Below, one piece after another: positions 38,766-51,705 of a DNA stretch of 124,000 nucleotides. The notes beneath the pieces were generated by a model that was not told the DNA's origin, made no database searches, and saw nothing but the letters and a program-made list of their open reading frames with translations. A program made the translations under genes and the position numbers. The stretch spans positions 102,320,001 to 102,444,000 of the forward strand of contig OX597821.1 in assembly GCA_951406725.2 (NCBI GenBank), written 5' to 3'. Position 1 is the stretch's first letter. Each line of letters begins with the position of its first letter. This DNA comes from Octopus vulgaris. Its lineage: Eukaryota.

Positions 38766-41700
38766 CACCGTTTTTTTTTCTTTTCTAGCAAGCGTAGTGT
38801 ATCTAGGACTACATTATTCAGTGTATGCTCACATTAAGATGTTAGAGTTGGATCTTTTAAAATTCTTTCTAACCACCAGAATTTGCCAAATTTTACTAGA
38901 TTTTTAAAAACGTTTTCTACATTGATACTCTTTCACTCGCTTCAGCCATTTGGCTGCGGCCATGCTGGAGTACCGCCTTTAGTCGAGCAAATCGATCCCA
39001 GGACTTATTCTTTTTAAGTCTAGTACTTATTCTATCGTTCTCTTTTGCCGAACCGCTAAGTTACGGGGGACATAAACACACCAGCATCGGTTGTCAAGTG
39101 ATGTTGGGGAGACAAACACAGACACACACACACATATATATATATACATATATACGACGGGCTTCTTTCAGTTTCCGTCTACCAAATCCACTCACAAGGC
39201 TTTGGTCGGCCCGAGGTTATAGTAGAAGACTCTTGCCCAAGGTGCCACGCAGTGGGACTGAATCCGGAACCATGTGGTTGGTAAGCAAGCTTCTTACTAC
39301 ACAGCCACTCCTGCAAAAACTTTTATTATTAATAATTTCAAGAGTGGGGAGGGGGATGAATGTGATTTTCATCATTTGCAAACAAAACTACAACAGTGTG
39401 TCTGTGTGTGTGTGGGGGAAATGGTGGTTGGAAAGAATTTAAAAGGACACGCATAAAAGATTTGGCTGCTATTTCTAACAGATCAAGTGACTGCATGGAG
39501 GTCAACTACATATCGGTTCCAACTTACATCCTTTGTTCTAACGTTATACCGTACTGAAAGTCACTTGACCACGCCACCCCCCGTTCCACGTTTATAGTTC
39601 ATCATGTATCGACACATTTCAGCCTGAAACAGCTGGTGACTTCAACTACGACATCATCACACAGCTGAACTTTGTCTCAACCCTATAAAAATGTTTCATA
39701 TAATCCCTCAATCAAATAATAGACCACGTGGGAGCAACTTATTCGAGAAGCGCCCACCACCCAAGGTAGTTTTTTTGTTAGGCGTGCCATTCAGATAATC
39801 CCGCGGGCCGCAATTTGCCCATTACTAATCTAGATGTAGTAGGCTCTATAATAACAGTCTGAAGCCATTCCATCAAGATTTAACGAGGGAGTATCTACAC
39901 AATCGCTTGACCAGCTAGAAATAGTAGCCACCCCCTACTATTTGCTTAAAAGAAAGGACACGTTGTATAATGTATTCCTATTTCTTTGCTACCCACAAGG
40001 TGCCAAACACAGAGAGGACAAATAAGAACAGACAAACGGATTAAGTCGATTATATCGACACCAGTGCGCAACTGGTACTTATTTAATCGACCCCGAAAGG
40101 ATGAAAGATAAAGTCGACCCCGGCGGAATTTGAACGTTGTATAATGTATTCCACGATGCTCCAACAGACACAGTCGGAAGCTGGCGTGGTGCTTAGACAA
40201 CAAAAACGATCTTTCAGTGCATGAACCAACGAAACCATCTACATAGTCGCTAAATTGCTAGAAATAGAAGCTTAAATTTCCCGAACCCACAGTCTACAGC
40301 AGTGGTTCTCAACCATTGTTTGCCTATGAAACCCTTCTGATTCCTATTTTACTCGGCTGGACTCACCCCGCCCACCCAGATATTCGATGTTAATTTTAAC
40401 AGCAAAATCTTATGCGGGGTCCGCCCTTCGCTGCCCCCCTCGTCTCCCGTCCGCCGCCGCCGGTCGAAATCGTTTCGACCCGCAGCGGCCCGGTGTGCGG
40501 CAGTCGGATCGCAAACCGTTTTTGCTCCGCGAACGTTTCTTCGCGCGTTTCCCTGTCGGTTGAGAACCACTTCATAATACAATAAAATTATTTCGATTTG
40601 CTCCAAATGACGGTGGTCAGACATTAAAACCAAAAATGCCCTTCGTTTGTTCAAAATTAGTCTTCATTCGTTTAAACTTCTTTATCGTTAAGAGCATCGT
40701 TATTATTGATATGAAGGCTGCAAATTGGTAGAATCGTTAGAGAGTCGGTAAAAGTGCCTTGCGGTATTTGCCCCCAGCTCTTTATGTACTAAGATCAAAT
40801 CCTGCAGAGGTGTATTAGCCTTTCGCGGCCGATAAGACAAAGAACTAATTAAGTACTAGTGTCAATGGCATCCATTAATCTCGTCCCTTCAAAATTGTTG
40901 GCCCTGTGCCTAAATTAGAAACCTTTATTAATGATATCACCAAGACGGAGAGCTAGCAGAAATCAGCAGAGCACTGGATAAAAATACATTGCGGTATTTT
41001 ATGGAACTCATTATGTTCTAAGTTCAAATCCCGCCCGGGGTGGATGAATTAAAATACTATTTAAATTATGGGGACGTAAACAAACCAACACCGGTTGTTA
41101 AGCGGTGGGAAGTGAAACAAACACAGACGCGTACACACATATGCGACGGACTTCCACAGACTTTCCGTCAACCAAATTCACTCACAAGACATTGGTCGGC
41201 CCGGAACTATAGAAGCTACTTGCCCACGGTGTCGCGCGGTGGGATTGAACTTGAAATCACGTGGTTGCAAAGCGAACTTTTTACCCACACAGCCATATCT
41301 GCGTCTATGAAGATACCTTTTTACAAATATATTTTTCTAAAATCTATTTTCTTTCTTTTTTTTTTTTGTTATACTTTAGTTTCCATTTACGATGTAGTTG
41401 TTAAATTTTCTCTTGATATTCTGGCTTGCAATTTAAAATGTGTTATCGTTGTTAAACTACGTATTTTTGAATTAATTCAATATTTCATTCAGTCCAGCAT
41501 TTATTGCTATTCACAAATAATTGTTATATGAATAAATTATCTCTCTAAAACAATTGTTTCATTTAATGACTAATTAAAATTATGCGATGAAGGCGAATGG
41601 GATTAAATATTCTTTTTAAAAAAAATTAAATGCAAATTACAAATGTTTCAGAACGTGGAATACAATAAAATTACGGGGGGAGGGGAGAGAAAAAAGTGGT

Positions 41701-44700
41701 GGTTACTGCTCGCAAAGGCACGGTGAGGGTTTGCAGGCAATTAATAAGGCCCCGTTGTTTTGAAACGTAGGATCTAAAAAGACGGAGGGGGGTGGTGGAA
41801 AAAATCTTGACCATGATGGAGAAATTCCGACATATATGGAACACAGGGTCATCTTAAAAAATAAGCACACAGAGCAGTTGCCAGGGGCCTCGTGGGTCTA
41901 GGGGCCCAATTATGATCTATGTATACTGTGGTTAGCTGTCAAAAAAAGAAGAAAAAAACTACTACAGATCTCAGTACATTGATTGTCTCAGAGAACTGTA
42001 ATGCTTCTAAGACAGCTCTGGTGGGTCAGCTATTTAGAAAGTTCGTCAATTATGCAAGCGGGGGTTGTTTGTAAACTACAGCGGCTACTGTTTGTCACAT
42101 TTCAGTATGGAACAACTGCCTTTAAAAGCAATTCTAAACAATGAACAGAATACATACTTAATGCGTATGTACCATTAAAAGCCTTCTAAATTACGGTATT
42201 TATCTTGAGCGAGTTTCTCATGTAGACTTGTAGTGTTAAAAGCACAGAAAAATATCAGGAGCAGGGAAGGTTGCTTAGCAGCGGCGCTGGAATTGATAGA
42301 TCTAGAATTCTGCTTGTTAACTTCACCAGTAGCAAATATCCACGGCACCATCTTCCAAGCAACCTCAGTTGCCAGCTGATAAAGTTAAATAGTGATTGTA
42401 AAGTCACCGATGTTGCATTTATCTGGCAGGTTACAATAAATAAATAAATAATAGTCATTATTGGCAGCAGAAGCAATATTAGTTCAAAATTACGTTGATA
42501 AGACAGACTTGACTCAAAACGAAAACTGCAGTTTAGAAGGTTTTCAATAGTATATACACTTTAAGTAGGTATACAGATTGCCAATTCCGAACTACAGCAC
42601 TTCCGTCGCTAATAATGAACTCTAAATAATATACGCTGATCCATCAAATGTTAGCCCAGTTGTAACCAACCCGTCAACGTTTTCAAAGCGCATTGTGTAT
42701 CTAAGACATTATCCAACATATCCTTTTGTGAAATGAACTCTAAGGAAAAGGTGATTACATTAAATCGTTATTGTTGCTTTCACTTTCACTTTTGTGTTGT
42801 TTTGCAAATGAAGACTTTTTTTTAAAATCCCAAAAGAAAACAAATTTACTCAAAGATCGCCATTAACAAGTTTTTATTGCATGCCAAAATACTCAATCCC
42901 AACCAAATAATAATAATAATAATAATGGTTTCAAATTTTGGCACAAGGCCAGCATATTCGAGGGAGGGGATGAATCGAATACATCAACTCTAGTACTCAA
43001 CTGGTACTTATTTTATCGATTCAAAAAGAATGATAGGTAAAGTCGACCTAAGCGGAATATGAACTCAGAACGTAAAGGCAGACGAAATGCTGCTATATAT
43101 TTTGTTTGGGGGTGCTTCGCCACTTTAATTATAACAATTATTTCTAATTTTGGCACAAAGCCAGAAACTTTGAGGGGTGGGGGCAAGTCGATTACATTAA
43201 CACCATTACTTGACTAGTACTTTATTTTATCGATCCTGAAAGGATGAAAGACAAAGACGACCTCGGCGGGATTTGAACTCAGAACATAAAGAGCCGAAAG
43301 AATTACTGTAAAGCATTTTGTCCGAAGCGTTAACGATTCTGTCAATTAGCCTCAACAGTAATAATAATCTTCACCGGTTGCCAAACAAAATCGTACCAGC
43401 TGCTGATTGATGGAAGTGGAAACAAACTTAATGATCCCCTACAAGTTTAAGTAATTTGCACTTGGTACGGTTTTATGTATATTAGTCAACAAGATCTGAA
43501 CAATTTAGACCAGGGCTGGCAAACCTGCGGACCGCTTGATACCTTCTTGAAGTATTGTTTAATTTCAAAATAAAATTGTGTAAAACATTTGTCTCAAAAT
43601 AAATAAAAAATTCATAAGTGGCAATAAAGCAATAGCCTACAATTTTATAATTTTAAACAAACGAAAAGTCTGAAAAATTCTTGATTCTGTAATTTGATTA
43701 TTTGACTATTAGTGCATAAAGTATACAAGCGCGCCCCACCCCACTTTCTGTGATTAAAGTGGCCCGCAATCTAACTCGAGTTGACTAGGCCTGATTTAAA
43801 CACACTGAGCTCAAGACCTTCAATCATCTCTCATGGTGAGACTAAATATCTGACACTTTCATTATGACATACGCCAGTAGCATACTTATAATGTTATAAG
43901 GTGTGCAAAATGAAAAATTAGGAGTTCCAAAAAATGGTCAGCTATTTAAAACAATACTATTTATAGGAAATTGACATTTTTTTTTTACATATTAAACGTA
44001 CATGACTAAACCTCTAAGTATACGAATGTAGATGCGTTTCAGAATGTGCAAACAAGACTGTTTTCGCTAATGTCGACCTACTCTTTTACTTGTTTCAGTC
44101 ATGTGACTGTGGCCATGCTGGAGCAACGCCTTTAGTCGAGCAAATCGACCACAGGACTTATTCTTTGTAAGCCTAGTACTTATTCTATCGGCTCGGCAAA
44201 ACAGAGCAATAGAATAGGTACCAAGTTAAAAATAAGCACCGGGATCGATTTGACTAAAAACCTGAAGGTGGTGCCCCAGCGTGGCCACAGTACAAAGACT
44301 GAAACAAGTAAAAGATAAAATGTATATATATGTATGCACACACTTTCACATTATATACCTGTGTACATATATAAATACATGTGTGATGAGTTTACAAAAA
44401 TGAGATAAGGGAAATGGGCTAATGGCAAGAAATTCAAGCCAGCAATGATGTACTGAATACATCATGAGAAAAGGAGGGGGAGGGGAAATGAAAGTTAACT
44501 AAAATATACAACTTAATTTAGAGTGGGGGAGAGGAACCTTTTCCTTTCTCCTAAAGGTACAAGGATTGAAATTTGGTGAGAGGAGACTAGTCGATTACAT
44601 TGACCCCTCCCAGTGCGTAACTGGTACTTAATTTATCGACCCCAGCGGAATTTGAACTCAGAACGTTCAGACAGACGAAATACTTATTTCTTTACTACCC

Positions 44701-47700
44701 ACAAGGGGCTAAACACAGAGAGGACAAACAAGGACAGACAAACAGATTAAGTCGATTATATCGACCCCAGTGCGTAACTGGTACTTATTTAATCAACCCC
44801 GAAAGGATGAAAGGCAAAGTCGACCTCGGCGGAATTTGAACTCAGAACGTAGCAGAAGACGAAATATCACTAAGCATTTCATCGTTGGAGCGGGGAACCT
44901 AATGCTACTTGTTAATGATTCCCAACGAAAAGGGGAGAGAATATCAAAGGATTAAGAATTAATGTCAACGAAATTTAAATTTCTTTTACAGGAATTAGCT
45001 TAAATTTATGTTATTGATTCACTTCAATAATTTACCTTGGTTCACATCACTTTGTGTAACTAGGTAAATTATACTGGACAACAACATTCTTCATCAATCC
45101 TCATTTCCTACTCAGAAAATCTCTGTCATCTGGTTAGAGCAAATTTGAAATGATTATGATTTACAGATGAGGTCTAATAAATCTGGAACACGTCTATAGT
45201 TGTCACTTTGCAAGCTAACGAAGATCAGGTCTACTCTCACCTTAAATGTGGAAATTCAATTAACTGAGAAATTATTTCTTTCTTTATTGGAATTATCTCC
45301 TCTTTTCTTTGAGAGTTGCAAACAATTGCCATTAGGTTTTGTTTACTTTCTCCAACTGAGAGGTAAATAATGTTTCATTGAGAATTGTTTTTGCGTCTGT
45401 CATTTAGTACACACCATGACCTATGAGTGAGTGTGTGGAGTGGAGTATCATATTAAATATTTCCATATTTTGAGCATAGTTATTTATTAAGCTATGTAAG
45501 TGTGAGAAGAAATATTAGACACAGGTGTGTCTAAAATAACAGAACAAGACTGCACATCAAGGGTCAAAGAGAAGAGAGATCCTAAACAGATACATCAAAG
45601 TTGACAGTGAAATCATCCCAGCCTTGAGGCAATAGAACAGCAAGAATATTTTGGAAGCAAAGTCATAATTATAAAACTATTTTTCACACCAGGCACAATA
45701 AAATGCACTTGGTTCCCAAACTTTTCGGGCTGCCGCCCCCTTGACACTCAGGGCGCATTCCTAGCGCCCCCACCCCAACTAACCATCACAAACATTGACC
45801 TCTTTCTGAAGCAAATTCAAAGCGAATGTATTTCACAAATAAAACGTAACCTAATGAACCCATTATTTTGTTCTTTTTACATGAATTGCCCCAATTGTTA
45901 TATGAATCGCTACTCCATTATCACCCAACTTTTCTTCAATGTTCACTTGGACCTTTTCACTGGCCCCAGAGTGGCAATACTGCCCACCTTAGAAACCACT
46001 GCTCTAAGACATACATAACAAGAAAAAGGCCTGTTTTTCTTGTGGTGTAGGTATCAGATGATGCAGACTGCAAAGAGTGACAAGATCTAGCCAACCCATG
46101 ACAGCATTGGAAAGAAAAAAATGATGATGATGATGGTGATAATGACATATTTATATAATGGGTTTTTTTCATACCAAATCCACTCACAAGGCTTTGGTTG
46201 GCCTGAGGCTATAGCAGAAGACACTTGTCCAAGCTGCCACGCAAAGAACCAGTCAAAGCTGCCACACGAAGAACCAGGTTCAGTTAATAATATTCCTATA
46301 AAACATCCAACATGTAAATGAAATTATAATAGAAGACTTGAGTGTATGAGATAAAACTAAATACCATAATCAATTAAATTCAGCACTTTTATTGTGTTGC
46401 CTGCAGAACAAATACAGATGACTGGTAACAACACATAAAGAAATTATGCTGTCATTTCATGAATTCTTTCTAGATTGCAGCTGCAGATAACACAAGTAAT
46501 GATTGCTACATCTGTGGATTCTATTAATATTGTTAAAGACAAGAATGGTTGGTGAGCTAGCAAAGTGTGAGACGAAACACTTTATAATGTTCAGTGTTTA
46601 TTAGTTTTGACTTCAAAATCCTGACGTGGCTCATTATATTTTTTTACCCCACAGCAGAAGATGAAACCAGTTCCATTGTCATATTGGTATTTCATTTTTT
46701 TTTTCTTTTAGTTGACTATACTCTTCCCTGCCACGAGAAAATGTTACTTTTGTGATTAATAAAGAAATTAATTTGCTAGCCTAGCAATATTAACAATAAA
46801 CAGACAAGAGCTATATCTAACAAGCCACTATGTAGATGTTTGACTGACCAGAAATAGTAACCAAATTTCCCTCAACTGAAATTCTACTTCTTAAAAAACA
46901 GGAAAGCCGCAATAGATAATGTAGTCCTAGATACATTATACATGGAAAAAAATCTAGGATATTCATTCCTGGAACTTCTTTGATCATAGAACTGCTCAAT
47001 CAGAACTAAACTATGATCAACAGCATTGCTTGGTGATGGCAGCAGTGGCAACAACCATGACCACCACAATCAGCCACCTTTACAACGTCCACTTTTCCCT
47101 GCTTACATGAGACAGATTAGAATACACTGGGGCAGAGTTTGTACAACCAGATGCCCTTCTTATTGCCAATACCCACTTGTTTCTAAGTAGGATAATAATC
47201 TCCAAGTCAATAGAACAATAAACACAGCCTGGAGATAATTTTATGTGGAAAACTGGAAACGAAATGGCAGTTTGAACGAGTCTTTAGTTTTACAAAAGTT
47301 GTGTAACATGTCAAGAAGCCTAGACACGCTTTCACAGTGGACTGCAAGCAAAAGACACCTTCAGCAGGTCATTGTTTACAAACCAGTGAGCACAAGGGAA
47401 ATAGGAACTTATTAACACAATCACTATACACACACACACAATGGTGTTACTCTTCATGCTGGTTCCACATGAAAATCACCCACTACACTCATGGTTGGCA
47501 TTAGGAAGGGCATGCAGCTGTAGAAACCATGCCAGAACAGACAATGGAAACTGGTGTGGCTCCTGTCAAACTGTCCAATCCATGTCAGCATGGAAAATGG
47601 ATGTTTGATAATATATGTACAAATATTCATACACACACAACAGGCTTCTTTCAGTTTCCACATACCAAATCCACTCACATGGCTTTGATTGGCCTGGGAC

Positions 47701-47961
47701 TACAGTAGAAAGCACTTGCCCAAAGTAGCATGCAATGGGATTGGACACAGAATCATATACTCTTTTACTTGCTTCAGTCATATGACTGTGGCCATGCTGG
47801 AGCACTGCATTTAGTCGAGTAAATCGACCCCAGAACTTATTCTTTGTAAGCCTGGTACTTATATCAGTCTCTTTTGCCGAACCGCTAAGTTATGGGGACC
47901 TAAACACACCAGCATCGGTTGTCAAACGATGTAAGGGGGACAATCACAGACACAAACATAT

Positions 47962-48010
<49 letters not shown>

Positions 48011-51000
48011 GCTTCTTTCAGTTTCCGTCTACCAAATCCACTCACAAGGCTTTGGTCGGCCTGAGGATATAGAAGAAGACACTTGCCCAAGGTGCCATGC
48101 AGTGGGACTAAACCCGGAACCATGTGGTTGGTGAGCAAGCTACTTACCACAGGAATCTAGCAGTATATACATCTTTGTCAATATCTCAATATTTATAATT
48201 TTAATAGGTTTCATCCCCAACTGTCCTCAAGTGTTTTACTCATAGATATGTACATCATATCAGATTGTAGCTGAACTAGGAACCTTTAGTTTTAAACTAA
48301 ATGTAACAATGCTCTTATTGTTTGTACACAGGTTGTTGATCACAAAACTAGATGTGATTCATAGAGCTATGACAAAGATGATAGAACAAGAATCAAAAAC
48401 AGGATCTTGCGATCATGAGTGCAACCACAAACCACTAGGCCATGTGCCTTCACAATTAAGCAGTAAAAGGGAAAAATACTGTCAGACTAAGATTACATGT
48501 TTTGGCCTTATTCTGACCTTTTCAGCAAAGGAGAATCAGAATTTGTGAATAAATAATCACATCTTGGTGATGGGATCAAATAAGATGGTTTAAGTAGTCA
48601 AATAAGATGGTTTAATTTGTTATATCATTTAGCTTGGATGAAAATGACAAAGTTATAAATTATGATGTCTCACAATTGACTGTGGTTGGATAAGTTCTGC
48701 TTCTTTAGTGAAATGAATGAGCAAGAAAAGATGTACTTCTTTCCTTCTGCATTCATTTAGTTCCACTAAAAGAGCAGGACTGGTCTTACAATACCCAATA
48801 TCTTCATTGTGCAGGCATGGCTGTGTGGTTAAGAAGCTTGCTTTGCAACCATGTGGTTGTAAGTTCAGTTCTACTGAACAGCATCTTGAGTAAGTGATTC
48901 TTCTATAACTTTCAGTTAACCAATACCTTCTGAGTGAATTTGGTACATAGAAACTGTGTGGAAGCTTGCTGCTGTATGTGTGTATATATCTATGCATGTA
49001 TGTCCTCTCTGACCCACCTAACAACAGGTATTGGTTTGTTTATGTTACCTTAACTTAGCAGTTCAGCAAGAGACTAATGAAATAAGTACCATACAAAGAG
49101 GAAGGGGAAGTACTGGGGTTGATTTGTTCAACTAAAACTATTCAATGTGCGCTTCAGCATGGCCACAGTCCAGTGATTGAAACAAATTTAAAGACCAGTT
49201 TCTTTTCATATCTAGATGTGATTAACTTTTGCCTTCATCTCTAAGGAACGAATAAAATTAACTGACAATTCTTCAAAAAAACAAACAAAAAAAAAACATT
49301 ATGCAACAAAAAGAATAACTTTAGTCAGCCATAACCCTTCGAACATATCTGGCCCGAACATTCTTCTTGTTTTATGCTCAAACTGGCCAGATCTGACCTC
49401 TTACACATACCTTACAATGTTATTCTAAAAATAATCACATCATCAAAATCTTGAGACTCCAAGATAATGCACGGCTAATTCAAAATAATGTGATTAAATC
49501 TCCTAATATAATAATGAGTGTATTTTATGTATGTGTGTGTGTATTTACACTTGATAAGATCGATATTTAAATTAACGATCTTATCCTTATATATATATAT
49601 ATATATTTGTCCAGAATGACGCTGGACGCAGAGAAAATAGTAATTCAGTGAAGGAGAGGGAGTGAGAGAAAGTAGTAGCAATGACAAAAAGGAAGGGGTG
49701 AAAAAAAAAATCAGTGTTTCAACTCTGTGCGAGTATATATGTGTATGTGTGTGTGTGTAGAAGGGAAGTATGTGAATGTTTGTATGCGAGATTATTACGT
49801 ACCTTACTTATATATAAAATACTACAATTCGCTGTCATTATTGACGGAACATGGTCAGCTAGTCATCATCATCATCATCATCATCATTTGACAGAGTAAT
49901 CTGAATGCTAAAGGGTTAATAAAACTAAAGCAAAACAAGTTTTCTTCAGTTAATACTTATCAGTGTGGATCCTAATTCTAAAGATAAGTGATATTGCTTC
50001 CAAATGAGGAGGGGAAACTGTTCTTGGTAGACATTGTGTTGCAACAAGAAGTTCTTTGTGAAACTGACACCTTCTAATGACTTCCATTTATTACTAGAAT
50101 TGGTTATACCACGTAGGCTTCAAATGTACACAAAACGAAAAGACAGAGACATCAAAATGGACAATGAGAATCCTACCCCACCACAAAAGCGAAAGCTTTG
50201 ACACATTATACTCCTTTGCAAAACTGAAAGCTTCTGCATAAAGGGACAGTATTAAATTATTTCTGTTTAATTGTATATTACACTGGGTAAAATAGAAAAA
50301 TTGGTATTAAAAATTGAGAGCGGCTGTGTGGTAAGTAGCTTGCTTACCGACCACACAGTTGCGGGTTCAGTCCCACTGTGTGACACCTTGGGCAAGTGAC
50401 CTGCTATAGCTTTGGGCCGACCAAAGCCTTGTGAGTAGATTTGGTAGACGGAAACTGAAAGAAGGCCGTTGTATATTTGTATGTATATATGTGTGTGTTT
50501 GTTGCCCCACCATCGTGTGACAACTGATGTTAGTGTGTTTACATCCCTGTAAATACGCAGTTCGGTACAAGAGACTGATAGAATAAGTACTAGGCTTACA
50601 AAGAATAAGTCCTGTGGTTGATTTGTTCGACTAAAGGTGGTGCTCCAGTATGACCACAGTCAAATAACTGAAACGATAAAAGACTAATAGAATATATATA
50701 TATATATATATATATATTTTTCTGTTTTTTACTTGTTTCAGTCATTGCACTGGCCATGCTGGGGCACCACCTTGAAAGAGTTAGTCAAGCAAACCAACCC
50801 GAGTACATATTCTTAAATCTGGTAATTATTTTATTGCTTACTTTTGCCAAACTGCTAAGCTATCAGAACAAAAACAAACCAACACCAGTTGTCAAGAGGT
50901 AGCAGTGGAGACAAACACAAACCCAAAGACACACACGACAGGCTTCCACAGTTTCTGTCTACTAAATCCAAATACAAGTCGATTGGCCCCAGGGCTATAG

Positions 51001-51494
51001 AAAAAGACACACAGTAAGACTAAATGTAAAGCAACCTTAATTAACCACGCGTTATTTCTACTAACACAGGATGGATGAGACTTACTTAGCAGTGTTCTAT
51101 GACTAGATGCCATACCTGTCACCAACCCTTGTCCCTCCGCTTCCAATAAGGTACTTGAGTTTCACTGGTCTTCACACAACACTGACAAAATGATCAAACT
51201 ACTTAAGGGATAAACAAATGCACAATTGCTGCAGCAGTGTCAATGTGAAGACACACAGAGACAAACATACATGTGCACGCACACACACAAGTGAAGTCAC
51301 ATGACCAAGTGGTGCATGGTGTTTCTGAGCCTTAAGATACTTTGTTTCACACAGCTCCACCCTATGCAACTGAAAATGAGTACCAGCCAAGTGCTGGAGT
51401 AGTCCGCTATTCCTTCAACTGTCACATCCTCAATGCTTCACAGCAACGAGAGTGAGACAGTGGGATAATGTCCATGTCATTCTGTGATTATGTG

Positions 51495-51705
51495 CAAGGG
51501 GTTGCTGAAAAGTTCCCAGCTTTAAAGATATCACAAAAGGTCTGGTTGGAAACCCAGCCTTCCGAGTTCTTTCACAGGGCTTAGAAAAACTGAAGGACCA
51601 CTGCACTAAGTGTGAATCTAAGAGGGGAATATATTAAATAAAATCCTAACTGATTCTCCTGTATTTTCTTTTACCCAAATCCAAGAACTTTTCAGCACCC
51701 TCTTG
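51495..51705. mobile_element. Mariner-type MITE
   Basis: TIR caaggggttgctgaaaagttc / gaacttttcagcaccctcttg with TA-like flanks. Confidence 0.8.
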
